From an uncultured bacterium (lineage in GTDB: Bacteria > Bdellovibrionota > JACOXK01 > 2-02-FULL-40-11): DNA of 55,041 nt. Both the position numbers and the translations under genes were made by a program. The notes beneath the pieces were generated by a model. That model was not told the origin of the DNA, did no database searches, and saw only the letters and a program-made list of their open reading frames with translations. Position 1 is the stretch's first letter. Every line of letters starts with the position of its first letter. The stretch lies in contig CAYMPL010000003.1 of NCBI GenBank assembly GCA_964392415.1, forward strand, positions 1 through 55,041, given 5' to 3'. Shown one piece after another: positions 37,926 to 47,547 of this stretch.

Positions 37926-39398
37926 ATGGAAAATCTTTCTACAGCTCTTCTTCTTTATTCGCCCGAAATGATCATCGCCATCACACTCTGTTTCGCGCTC
38001 ATTATCCAGATGATTTCAAAGAATAAGACGCTGACTTTTCTAACCGTCCTTTCGGGACTTCTTGTTTCAGCTTATGCCAGCCTTCGGCTGAGCGAAGTTG
38101 AGCCGCAAACCTATTTTTCAAATCTTCTCAGTCACGATCCCTTTTCTCTCTTTTTTAGAGCCTTCTTTATATTAGCGACTTTTTTCACTTTTCTTTTCAG
38201 CTTCACATCTCATGAGATCTCGGAAGACCGCCATTCTGAATTTTATTTGATGATACTTTCTGTTCTCATCGGAATGACAACGCTCGTTTCTTCCATAAAT
38301 ATCCTCTCGCTCTATCTTTCATTGGAACTGGTGAGTATTGTCTCTTATGCTCTTGCCGGTTTTAGAAAGGAGCATCCCGCTTCAAACGAAGCGGCCATTA
38401 AATATCTCCTTTACGGGGCCATGGCATCGGGAACGATGCTTTGGGGGCTATCGCTTCTCTATGGACTGACAGGAACACTCAATCTCTATCTTCTTAAAGC
38501 AGCCCTTTCTTCTTCCTATATTGATCCCCTCTCACTCCACGCTATTTTCATCATGCTCCTTTTTGGATTTGGATTTAAGATGGCATTTGTTCCATTTCAT
38601 ATGTGGGCGCCGGATGTCTACCACGGAGCTCCCACCCCGACTGCCGCTTTTTTTACGGTTGCCCCAAAAGCCGCAGGGTTTGCGATCTTTATTCGCTTTT
38701 TCTACACCGTTTTTGCAAATCCGGTCGGTAATGGAACTGAATGGGTCTGGTACGCAAATCTTAACTGGCCGCTTTTTATTGCGATTCTTTCAGCCCTAAC
38801 GATGACCGTTGGAAATTTATCCGCGCTTTTTCAAAAGAATGCCAAACGGATGCTCGCTTATTCAAGCATTGCCCACGCTGGATATATGATGCTGGGACTC
38901 GTCGCCCTGACACAATCGGGAATTTCTGCGGTTCTCTTTTATATCGTTGTTTACTTTTTTATGAATTTTGGGGCCTTCTTTATTGTGGGGCTCGTGGGAA
39001 ATATCTTTAAAAATGAAGAAATCTCAAATTTTAAGGGACTGGGATGGAAATCGCCGCTGGTTGGAATTTCTATGGCGATCTTCCTTTTATCTCTCACAGG
39101 ACTCCCCCCTCTCGGCGGTTTTATCGGAAAGGTTTATCTTTTTTTAGCGCTCGTTCAGAAAGAGATCTACTGGCTGCTGATTGTGGCAATTATCAATACC
39201 GTTATTTCACTTTATTACTACGCATATATCATCCGTGAAATGTTTCTTGAAAAACCGGAAAATGAAACCCGGATTGTTCTTTCCCCGCTCCATGCAGTCA
39301 CACTCCTTCTTCTTGTCGTTCCAACCGTTGTTCTTGGCATCTATTGGGAACCGTTAATGACCTACGTTTCAAAATCGCTGCAATTTGTACAACCTTAA
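37926..39398 (+). CDS. nuoN: Complex I subunit N (set 1)
   Basis: LELVSIVSY, GFKMAFVPFHMWAPDVY, PKAAG, KRMLAYSSIAH, FIGK. Confidence 0.95.
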   Translation: MENLSTALLLYSPEMIIAITLCFALIIQMISKNKTLTFLTVLSGLLVSAYASLRLSEVEPQTYFSNLLSHDPFSLFFRAFFILATFFTFLFSFTSHEISEDRHSEFYLMILSVLIGMTTLVSSINILSLYLSLELVSIVSYALAGFRKEHPASNEAAIKYLLYGAMASGTMLWGLSLLYGLTGTLNLYLLKAALSSSYIDPLSLHAIFIMLLFGFGFKMAFVPFHMWAPDVYHGAPTPTAAFFTVAPKAAGFAIFIRFFYTVFANPVGNGTEWVWYANLNWPLFIAILSALTMTVGNLSALFQKNAKRMLAYSSIAHAGYMMLGLVALTQSGISAVLFYIVVYFFMNFGAFFIVGLVGNIFKNEEISNFKGLGWKSPLVGISMAIFLLSLTGLPPLGGFIGKVYLFLALVQKEIYWLLIVAIINTVISLYYYAYIIREMFLEKPENETRIVLSPLHAVTLLLLVVPTVVLGIYWEPLMTYVSKSLQFVQP

Positions 39399-39444
39399 TA
39401 AATCATTTATTGAATCCTGACTCTACTTAAAGTAAGGAGTAGCC

Positions 39445-41067
39445 ATGAATTGGGCCATGAACTGGAATCGAAGAAATTTTTTAAAATTCATGGGAAGAAG
39501 TTCTGTAGCTCTTTGGACGCTCTCTTCTCTAAACTCACTGGCTTCATGCGCATCCATCCCTCCTCAAAAAAAGAAACTGCTCCCTTTCGAACCGATTCCA
39601 CCTTCCTCAGAAGATCAACTGATTTTGGCAGATGGGTTTCAACATAAAATTGTCCTTTCGTGGGGTGAAGTGATCAATCGACAGGGGGAGCGATTCGGAT
39701 TTAACAATGACTTTACAGCCTTTTTTCCATTCGACCCCTTTAAACCGGATGACGGCCTCTTTTGGGTTAACCACGAATACCCGCATCCTATTTTCATCAA
39801 CGGCTATATTTCGGGAGAAGTCCGGACAAAATCGCAAATTGAGGCGGAACAGGCATCTCTGGGGGGGACGATTATACGGATTCGCCAAAATATGGGAGGC
39901 GGGTGGGAGCCGGTTTTTGACGACTTTCGCAATCGAAGAATTTCTGCCATCACGCCGATCCCCATCGTATCGACGCGGCCGATAGCCGGAAAAAAAGTTG
40001 CCATGGGAACACTCGCAAATTGCGCGGGGGGAGTCACCCCCTGGCGAACGGTTCTCTCCTGTGAAGAAACGTATGAAGACTTTTATGGTGAAAGGGATTT
40101 TTTGAATAAAAGAGACCGGATCGTCCCTGAGTCTGCCTACGGCTGGCATCGTTTTTTCTTTTATCCCCCTGAACATTACGGCTGGGTGGTGGAAGTTGAT
40201 CCCTTTACGGCAAAATCAAAAAAACTGACTGCCCTGGGACGGTTTGGTCATGAGGGGGCGAATATCGCGTTGACGAGTGATGGACGCCCGGTCGTTTACA
40301 TGGGGGATGATGGAATCGATCGCTGTCTCTATAAGTTTGTCGGGAAGTATACGGGAACGCTCGAGACTGGAACGCTCTATGTTGCCAATATCGAAAAGGG
40401 GATATGGATCCCGCTCGATATTAAAAAAACAGCCTCTCTTCAAAAATATTTTAAAGATCAGACAGAAGTCCTGACGTATGCGCGCGAGGCGTCAAAAATT
40501 GTCGGCGGAACCCCGCTGGCACGTCCTGAAGATGTCGAATATGATCCCGTCTCCAAAGAAATTTTTGTGGCTCTCACAAAAGACAAAAACAAAGGAAATT
40601 ATTTTGGTTCTCTTTTGAGGCTTATTGAAAAAGACCATGATCCGGGAGCTATCGAATTCGAGGCCGCAGTCTTTTTGACAGGGGGGGAAGAGAGCGGTTT
40701 TGCATGCCCCGATAATATGGTCTTTGATCGGAAGGGGAATCTCTGGCTTACCGGCGATATGTCAGAGAAAGATATGGGAAACGCCCCTTATCAAAAATTC
40801 AAAAACAACGGCCTCTTTTTTATTCCAATGAACGGGCCCCATGCGGGGAGTGTTTTCCAGGTCGCCTCCGCCCCCGTTGATGCCGAGTTCACCGGCACTT
40901 CATTTTCACCCGATGGTAAAACCCTTTTTATTTCGGTTCAACATCCAGGTGAACGAACGCAAAGTCTCGATCAACTCACCAGCCATTGGCCTGATGGCGG
41001 AAATGCCATTCCACGCCCGAGCGTTGTTGCGATTTCAGGCCCGGCGCTGGAAAAAATTGTGTCATAA
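39445..41067 (+). CDS. phoX: PhoX-family alkaline phosphatase, Tat-exported
   Basis: NRRNFLK twin-Arg; VNHE, NCAGGVTPWRTVLSCEE, GRFGHE, RPED, PDN, AEFTG, VQHPGE. Confidence 0.88.
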   Translation: MNWAMNWNRRNFLKFMGRSSVALWTLSSLNSLASCASIPPQKKKLLPFEPIPPSSEDQLILADGFQHKIVLSWGEVINRQGERFGFNNDFTAFFPFDPFKPDDGLFWVNHEYPHPIFINGYISGEVRTKSQIEAEQASLGGTIIRIRQNMGGGWEPVFDDFRNRRISAITPIPIVSTRPIAGKKVAMGTLANCAGGVTPWRTVLSCEETYEDFYGERDFLNKRDRIVPESAYGWHRFFFYPPEHYGWVVEVDPFTAKSKKLTALGRFGHEGANIALTSDGRPVVYMGDDGIDRCLYKFVGKYTGTLETGTLYVANIEKGIWIPLDIKKTASLQKYFKDQTEVLTYAREASKIVGGTPLARPEDVEYDPVSKEIFVALTKDKNKGNYFGSLLRLIEKDHDPGAIEFEAAVFLTGGEESGFACPDNMVFDRKGNLWLTGDMSEKDMGNAPYQKFKNNGLFFIPMNGPHAGSVFQVASAPVDAEFTGTSFSPDGKTLFISVQHPGERTQSLDQLTSHWPDGGNAIPRPSVVAISGPALEKIVS

Positions 41068-41074
41068 GGATTTC

Positions 41075-41971
41075 ATGAAAAAAGAATCTTTGGCTCAGGG
41101 GGCGATGATTGTCATATCCGCCGTTTGGGGTTCAACTTTTATTATGGTGAAAGAAGCCTTGAACGGCGTGCATCCTTTGACGCTCACCAGTTTTCGTTTT
41201 TTGATCGCCTCTTTTCTTTTGCTTCCGTGGGTTTTTAAGAAAAGAAGCTCTTTTAGAAACGCCCTTTCAGCGGGCTGTTATTTGGGAATTTTTCTTTGGA
41301 TTCTTTATCTCACTCAGACATGCGGGCTTTATTTTACTTCGGCCGCAAATTCCGGTTTTCTCACCGGGCTCTTTATTGTATTTATCCCGATATTTCTCTT
41401 TTTTGTTTCCGGAGTACGCATCGGGAAATTTCAAATTTTCACCATTGGTTTGGCCACCTTCGGCGTGTGGCTCTTAACAGGCGGGGTGGAGAAGTTCAAT
41501 ATCGGCGACGGACTCACCATTATCTGCGCATCTGCTTACGCGGCGCACGTTCTTCTGATCGACCGATATGCCAAGAGTTCCCTGGAACCTGTGCATTTGG
41601 CCTTCATTCAGTTTTTTCTGGTAGGTTTCTTAAGTCTTCTTGCCTCCCTCCCTATCGGAGAAAGAGCGTTCCTCATCGATCCCTCCGTTTGGGACAGCAT
41701 CATTTTTCTCACCCTTTTTCCAACGCTTCTTGCATTTTTTATCCAGCTTTGGGCTCAAAAATTTGTGTCCCCCGTTAAAGCCGGGCTCATCTATACTCTT
41801 GAACCCGCCTTTGCGGCGCTCTTTGCCTGGACTGTAGGAGGAGAAGAGATCACCTGGAGAGGGGTTTTGGGAGGAGGGCTTGCTTTCCTGGCAATTTTTC
41901 TTTCTGAATTTTATCATCAGCGTCATTCCGAGGCCGCAGGCCGAGGAATCTCGTCGGAAGCCTCTTGGTGA
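41075..41971 (+). CDS. EamA/DMT family transporter
   Basis: WGSTF, SAANSGFLTGL, EPAFAALFAW; about 10 TM segments. Confidence 0.88.
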   Translation: MKKESLAQGAMIVISAVWGSTFIMVKEALNGVHPLTLTSFRFLIASFLLLPWVFKKRSSFRNALSAGCYLGIFLWILYLTQTCGLYFTSAANSGFLTGLFIVFIPIFLFFVSGVRIGKFQIFTIGLATFGVWLLTGGVEKFNIGDGLTIICASAYAAHVLLIDRYAKSSLEPVHLAFIQFFLVGFLSLLASLPIGERAFLIDPSVWDSIIFLTLFPTLLAFFIQLWAQKFVSPVKAGLIYTLEPAFAALFAWTVGGEEITWRGVLGGGLAFLAIFLSEFYHQRHSEAAGRGISSEASW

Positions 41972-41981
41972 AAGCGGCTGA

Positions 41982-42030
41982 TTTTTTTACCTTGAGTAAT
42001 CCCATACAATTACATATAAAAAAAACGATG
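41982..42030 (+). promoter_or_regulatory. Promoter/operator block, copy 1 (before nuoA set 2)
   Basis: TTGAGT-N17-TATAAA-N7-ATG with GTAAT-N8-ATTAC; near-identical to 43735-43783. Confidence 0.7.
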
Positions 42031-42396
42031 CTTGTGGAGAATCACATTGCCGTCATGCTCATGTTTCTTTTTGCTGTTCTTTTGGGGGCGGCAATGATCG
42101 GGCTTTCGGCGGTGGTGGGGCGTGTCAAACGCGACCCCGAAAAGCTCTCTGTTTACGAGTGCGGCGCCCCCCCTTCAGGAACCTCAAGAGAGCGATTTTC
42201 GGTCAAATTTTATCTGGTGGCTATCTTCTTTCTCATCTTTGATATTGAAATCGTTTTTCTTTATCCCTGGGCGCTGATTTTTAAACGCCAGCTTTCACAG
42301 GGCCCTTTGATTTTGGTTGAAATGCTGATTTTTCTTGCCCTTCTCATCGTCGGTTATCTTTATATATGGAAAAAACGGGGGCTTGAATGGGATTAG
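42028..42396 (+). CDS. nuoA: Complex I subunit A (set 2)
   Basis: VYECG, RFSVKFYLVAIFFLIFDIE, RGLEWD. Confidence 0.95.
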   Translation: MLVENHIAVMLMFLFAVLLGAAMIGLSAVVGRVKRDPEKLSVYECGAPPSGTSRERFSVKFYLVAIFFLIFDIEIVFLYPWALIFKRQLSQGPLILVEMLIFLALLIVGYLYIWKKRGLEWD

Positions 42397-43556
42397 GTAA
42401 TTAATCCAAGTTCTTTTAAGCCTTCCCGCCAAGGAATAGCGAGAATATTCCCAATCTTTTTTTTATGTGGATCCCTTGAAAAAATGAAGGCTTCGGCGTT
42501 TTTGAAATCTTTTAAAAATCTTTCCAGGGTTCGACTATCTCGTTCATCAATATGATCATTCGATTTAATTTCAATCAGCGCAGTCGGTTCTCCAGGTCTC
42601 TCAATAATTAAATTGATTTCTGCATTGTCTTTTGTTCTAAGATAGGAAAGGCGGTAATCTTTTTTAAAATATTGATTTAAACGATCTATTTCTATAATCA
42701 AAAAATGTTCAAATGCCTTACCAAATGCATAAGTATTTGGAAGCAATTTTACCGGAAGCTGCCGTGCCAGAGCTCTTTGAATGCCTGTATCAAAGAAATA
42801 AAATTTCGGATTCGTTCGCTGCTGTTTTCGAATCGATCGATGATGCGGTTCAAGCATAAAACCGATCAATGTATCTTCCAGAATCTGAAAATAAGATTGA
42901 ACCGTTTTTGTGTCACTGCCAACATCCCTTGCTATATTTGTAAAATTAATAATCTCACCATTGGCTTGTGCGGCAATTTCAAGAAACCGTCTAAACGGAT
43001 CCAATTTTCGGATGATGTGCTCAGCCCAGATCTCCTCCTTCAAATAGGTCTGCGCGTAGGATGTCAAATAGTCATGTTTTTCTTCTTCTGTTTTCAAGTG
43101 AAAGATTTTCGGGAGCGTCCCCCAGTGTAGTGTTTCTCCAAGATCGAACGAATCGCCGAGTTCGACGTGGGTCAGTGAAAAGAGATGATTGACAAATGCT
43201 CGGCCCGCCAGAAGATTTGCCCCTCCCTTTTTCAATTTTCGCGCGCTTGATCCGGTCATTGAAAATTTAATTGGCGTTGATTCAATGAGCGAATGGACAA
43301 CATCGAGCAGCTTGGGCTGTTTCTGAATTTCATCGATAATAATCCAGTCGATCGAACCGATCTGAGCTTTTGCCTGTTCTGCTAAGACAGCAGGATTTCT
43401 TAAAAAAAGGTCTTCTGTTTTGGGATCAAGGAGGTCGAACCAGAGGATGCGTCCATCTTTAAAAAACATCTGTAAAAACGTAGACTTACCTGTTCCACGC
43501 GCTCCAAATATAAAAAAACTATTTGATTTCAGAGGCTTAATAATCCTATGGAACAT
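42393..43556 (-). CDS. AAA_14 ATPase with DUF4143-type C-terminal domain
   Basis: GARGTGKST, IIIDEIQK, TGSSA, PKFYFFDTG, IEIKS. Confidence 0.85.
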   Translation of the reverse strand: MFHRIIKPLKSNSFFIFGARGTGKSTFLQMFFKDGRILWFDLLDPKTEDLFLRNPAVLAEQAKAQIGSIDWIIIDEIQKQPKLLDVVHSLIESTPIKFSMTGSSARKLKKGGANLLAGRAFVNHLFSLTHVELGDSFDLGETLHWGTLPKIFHLKTEEEKHDYLTSYAQTYLKEEIWAEHIIRKLDPFRRFLEIAAQANGEIINFTNIARDVGSDTKTVQSYFQILEDTLIGFMLEPHHRSIRKQQRTNPKFYFFDTGIQRALARQLPVKLLPNTYAFGKAFEHFLIIEIDRLNQYFKKDYRLSYLRTKDNAEINLIIERPGEPTALIEIKSNDHIDERDSRTLERFLKDFKNAEAFIFSRDPHKKKIGNILAIPWREGLKELGLIT

Positions 43557-43634
43557 ATTCCATATTTATACGATAATTATGGAGTTTTGTCCACAATTAG
43601 TTTATGTCGGCAATAAGTCGTTCGTCAAAAAAAT

Positions 43635-43723
43635 GAGATCCTTCGCCCTTCGGGGAGAGGCATGACACACAGGGATCCTTCGCTGCGCTCAGGATGACAG
43701 AGGGCTTCGGGCTCAGGATGACA
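43635..43723. repeat. Cluster of three REP-like units
   Basis: GAGATCCTTCG..., GGATCCTTCGCTGCGCTCAGGATGACA, CTTCGGGCTCAGGATGACA. Confidence 0.75.
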
Positions 43724-43734
43724 GATATTGAAAG

Positions 43735-43783
43735 TTTTTTGCCTTGAGTAATCTCCTATAATTACATATAAAAAAGGGCGATG
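43735..43783 (+). promoter_or_regulatory. Promoter/operator block, copy 2 (before nuoH set 2)
   Basis: TTGAGT-N17-TATAAA-N8-ATG with GTAAT-N8-ATTAC. Confidence 0.7.
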
Positions 43784-44833
43784 TCACCTCTGGATTTTAC
43801 GATCCTTTTCATAAAGATTGTTGTTGTCCTTGGGGTTTTGCTCAATATGGTCCCCCTTCTGGTCTGGGTTGAAAGGCGGGGAGCGGCATTCATTCAGGAT
43901 CGCCCCGGCCCTAATCGGGTTGGCCCTTTGGGGCTTTTTCAGCCGCTTGCAGATGCGCTGAAGTTTATTTTTAAAGAAGATCCGATCCCCTTTCATGTCG
44001 ATCCCGTCCTTTTTATCCTTGCCCCGCTGTTTGCGCTGATCCCGGCTGTTGTCACATTTGCCGCCATCCCTTTTGGGGATACGATTGAACTTTTTGGAAG
44101 AACCATCACGCTTCAGGTCGCCGATATGAATATCGGCATTCTCTATATTCTTGCGTTCGGTTCCCTCGGTGTTTATGGAATTCTTATCGCCGGATGGGCA
44201 TCAAACAACAAATACTCAACCCTCGGCGCGCTCCGTTCATCGGCTCAAATGATCAGTTACGAAATCGCGATGGGGGCCGCGCTCGTCGGCCCTCTGATGA
44301 TCTATGAAACATTCTCTTTGAAAGAAATGGTCTTTCGACAAGAAGCAATCTGGGGGATTTTTCTTCAACCCCTCGCCTTTGTCATTGTTTTGATAGCCGC
44401 TTTTGCTGAATGCAATCGATTGCCGTTCGACCTTCCGGAAGGGGAGGCGGAAATTGTTGCTGGTTATCACACGGAATACGGAAGCATGAAATTTGCGATC
44501 TTTTTTATGGCTGAATATCTGCATGTCGTTACGATTTGTTCGTTAATCGCAACCCTCTTTCTTGGCGGGTGGCATTTGATTCCTGGGATGGTGACCGTTG
44601 CGGAATGGGTTGGGATTCCGACATTTCCAACTTCGGTTGGGCTCTCGCTTCTTCAGGTTGCTTCCTTCTGCATTAAAACAGCTTTTATGATCTGGATTTT
44701 TATCTGGGTCCGATGGACATTTCCAAGATTTCGTTATGACCAGCTCATGTCCTTTGGATGGAAAATCATGGTCCCGCTGGGACTCGTCAATATTCTTTTA
44801 ACAACAGTTGCGCTCTATTTTAAATGGATTTAA
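43781..44833 (+). CDS. nuoH: Complex I subunit H (set 2)
   Basis: ERRGAAFIQDRPGPNRVG, ADALK, RLPFDLPEGEAEIVAGYHTEY, RFRYDQLM. Confidence 0.95.
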   Translation: MSPLDFTILFIKIVVVLGVLLNMVPLLVWVERRGAAFIQDRPGPNRVGPLGLFQPLADALKFIFKEDPIPFHVDPVLFILAPLFALIPAVVTFAAIPFGDTIELFGRTITLQVADMNIGILYILAFGSLGVYGILIAGWASNNKYSTLGALRSSAQMISYEIAMGAALVGPLMIYETFSLKEMVFRQEAIWGIFLQPLAFVIVLIAAFAECNRLPFDLPEGEAEIVAGYHTEYGSMKFAIFFMAEYLHVVTICSLIATLFLGGWHLIPGMVTVAEWVGIPTFPTSVGLSLLQVASFCIKTAFMIWIFIWVRWTFPRFRYDQLMSFGWKIMVPLGLVNILLTTVALYFKWI

Positions 44834-44837
44834 GTTC

Positions 44838-45347
44838 ATGGCAATGCTCTATCAGATAACCATTTGGCTGCTCTCGGCAATCTGCATTGTTTGCGCCCTC
44901 TCCGTGATTCTCCAGAAAAATCCTGTGGTCAGCGCGATTCATCTCATCGGCTGCTTTTTTGCGCTCGCCGGGCTTTTTTTGATGCTTCAGGCGCCGTTTC
45001 TTGCGGCAGCTCAAATCATTGTCTATGCTGGCGCCATTATGGTTCTTTTTATTTTTGTCATTATGCTTCTTAATCTCAAAAAAGATCCGGAGCGTTTTTC
45101 GAGAGCAAGACTCTTTAGACTCCCCAGGATCGTCCTCCTTCTCCTTTTGCTTTTTTCATTTTTAACTTCCATTTTTGCAACGGCGTTCCCTTTTGTGTCG
45201 CATAGGGGGGCTAATATAGGAAGGTCTGTGGGCGATGTGGCAACGCTTCTTTTTACCAAATATCTTTTCCCTTTTGAACTTGCATCTCTGCTTCTTCTCA
45301 TCGCCATGATCGGGGGGATCGTGATGGCAAAAAAAAGGGCGCCATGA
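44838..45347 (+). CDS. nuoJ: Complex I subunit J (set 2)
   Basis: [32 protein letters not shown]. Confidence 0.93.
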   Translation: MAMLYQITIWLLSAICIVCALSVILQKNPVVSAIHLIGCFFALAGLFLMLQAPFLAAAQIIVYAGAIMVLFIFVIMLLNLKKDPERFSRARLFRLPRIVLLLLLLFSFLTSIFATAFPFVSHRGANIGRSVGDVATLLFTKYLFPFELASLLLLIAMIGGIVMAKKRAP

Positions 45348-45643
45348 GCTATTCGTACTATTTAATTTTAAGCTCCATTTTATTTACGATCGGCGTCTCC
45401 GGTGTTTTGCTGAGACGCAATCTCATTGTGGTTTTTATGTCTATTGAACTGATGCTAAACAGCGTCAATCTTCAACTCGCCGCCATTTCCAAATATCTTC
45501 ACTTTCTGGACGGACAAATTTTTGTCTTTTTCATTATTACGGTTGCCGCGGCGGAAGCAGCCGTGGGGCTTGCGATTGTCATTGCTTTGTACCGCCATAA
45601 AGAAACAACCAACATTGACGAGATCAATCTTTTAAAAGGGTAA
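45344..45643 (+). CDS. nuoK: Complex I subunit K (set 2)
   Basis: [18 protein letters not shown]. Confidence 0.95.
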   Translation: MSYSYYLILSSILFTIGVSGVLLRRNLIVVFMSIELMLNSVNLQLAAISKYLHFLDGQIFVFFIITVAAAEAAVGLAIVIALYRHKETTNIDEINLLKG

Positions 45644-45645
45644 CC

Positions 45646-47547
45646 ATGATTACACTGATCCTTCTCTCTCCATTACTCGGTTTTTTAATCAATGGCCTGA
45701 TCGGAAAAAAACTCCCCAAAGCGATGGTGGGGGGAATTGCCTGTTTTACCGTATTTATCTCTTTTGTCTTTTCATTCTATTCTTTCATTCAGTTCCTCGA
45801 CAGCCCTGAGGTGTGGCGAAATCTCTCCACCACGCTTTTTTCATGGATTCCTCTTTTGGGGGTTGATGTCGCATTAAAACTCGATCCGTTATCACAGCTG
45901 ATGGTTCTTGTGGTCACGGGCGTCGGTTTTTTTATTCATCTCTATTCAGTCCATTACATGGATCATGACTCGGGATTTGCCCGATATTTTTCGTATCTCA
46001 ATCTCTTTATCTTTTCGATGCTGCTTCTGGTCCTCGCAAATAATCTTTTGCTTCTTTTTATTGGATGGGAAGGGGTGGGTCTCTGCTCGTATCTTTTGAT
46101 CGGCTTTTGGTTTGAAGACGAAGAAAAAGCGATGGCGGGGAAAAAGGCTTTTATCGTCAACCGGATCGGAGATCTTGCGTTTCTCATCGCTCTTTTTCTG
46201 GTGTTTGCCACCTTCGGAACCCTAAACATCGACAGTCTTAAATTTGCCGAAGTCTCTCCGGAACAGAGAGCAACGATCGGTCTTATCACCCTCCTTCTCT
46301 TCATCGGAGCCTGCGGCAAATCCGCGCAAATCCCCCTCTACGTTTGGCTCCCGGACGCAATGGCAGGCCCCACACCGGTTTCCGCGCTGATTCATGCCGC
46401 AACGATGGTAACGGCGGGGGTCTATATGGTCGCGCGTCTCCATTTTTGGTATGTTCTTGCCCCCGCTACGATGACCGTTGTGGCTGTGACTGGCCTTGTG
46501 ACTGCTCTCTTTTCAGCGGCAATAGCCTTCTTTCAAAACGACATCAAAAAAATTCTTGCCTACTCAACCATCAGCCAGCTTGGATATATGTTCCTTGCGG
46601 TTGGAATTGGAGCCTTTTCCAGCGGCATTTTTCACCTCATCACGCACGCATTTTTCAAGGCGCTCCTCTTTTTGGGGGCAGGGAGTGTGATTCACGCCCT
46701 TTCCAATGAACAAGATATTCAGAAAATGGGGAATCTCCGGTCAAAACTCCCACTGACACATCTGACTTTTCTTTTTGGAACACTCGCGATTATCGGCATT
46801 CCCCCTTTCTCGGGATTCTTCAGTAAAGATGAAATTCTTTGGATGGCATTTAATCGTCATCCGCTTTTTTGGGTTTTGGGCCTGATCGGGGCATGGATGA
46901 CAACTTTCTATATGGTCAGGCTTTTTACTCTCGTCTTCTATGGCTCCTCACAGCCAGAAAAAAAACAAGAACGCTTGCATCAGCCGCATGAGGCCCCGCC
47001 ACTGATGGCGCTGGCATTAATTGTGCTTTCTATCTTTACGCTGCTCGGCGGCCTCATCGGTGTCCCCTCTATTCTTTATAAGATTTTAAAGATTGATCAC
47101 TTTCTCGACGTCTTCCTAAAACCGACATTCCCCGTTCACCTTGCGACAGATGCGGGTCATCATCTTGAATATCTTTTGATGGGTCTGACCATCTCGGGAA
47201 CAGCGCTCATTGCCGTTTTGACCTTTCTTCTTTATCACCGATACCGGGAAACTGCCCTTCATTGGAAACTTAAATTCAGAGCTCTTCATAAGATCGTCGC
47301 AGATAAATTTTATGTGGATGAATTGTATGATCTCCTCCTGGTTCGTCCTCTCAACCGAGGCGCGGACTTTCTCCTGCGCACGTTTGACTTGAAAATCATC
47401 GATGGTTTTGTCAATGGTCTGGCAAAAATGAATCTTTATGGAGGTAACCGCTATTCCGTGATCCAAAATGGAAATCTTCAGACATACGCTTTCATCTTTG
47501 TGCTGGGGGCATTTTTGGTCATGCTCTATTATTTACGGGGATTTTGA
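45646..47547 (+). CDS. nuoL: Complex I subunit L (set 2), normal-length helix
   Basis: GWEGVGLCSY, GKSAQIPLYVWLPDAMAGPTP, HAFFKA, FFSKD, IQNGNLQTY. Confidence 0.95.
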   Translation: MITLILLSPLLGFLINGLIGKKLPKAMVGGIACFTVFISFVFSFYSFIQFLDSPEVWRNLSTTLFSWIPLLGVDVALKLDPLSQLMVLVVTGVGFFIHLYSVHYMDHDSGFARYFSYLNLFIFSMLLLVLANNLLLLFIGWEGVGLCSYLLIGFWFEDEEKAMAGKKAFIVNRIGDLAFLIALFLVFATFGTLNIDSLKFAEVSPEQRATIGLITLLLFIGACGKSAQIPLYVWLPDAMAGPTPVSALIHAATMVTAGVYMVARLHFWYVLAPATMTVVAVTGLVTALFSAAIAFFQNDIKKILAYSTISQLGYMFLAVGIGAFSSGIFHLITHAFFKALLFLGAGSVIHALSNEQDIQKMGNLRSKLPLTHLTFLFGTLAIIGIPPFSGFFSKDEILWMAFNRHPLFWVLGLIGAWMTTFYMVRLFTLVFYGSSQPEKKQERLHQPHEAPPLMALALIVLSIFTLLGGLIGVPSILYKILKIDHFLDVFLKPTFPVHLATDAGHHLEYLLMGLTISGTALIAVLTFLLYHRYRETALHWKLKFRALHKIVADKFYVDELYDLLLVRPLNRGADFLLRTFDLKIIDGFVNGLAKMNLYGGNRYSVIQNGNLQTYAFIFVLGAFLVMLYYLRGF

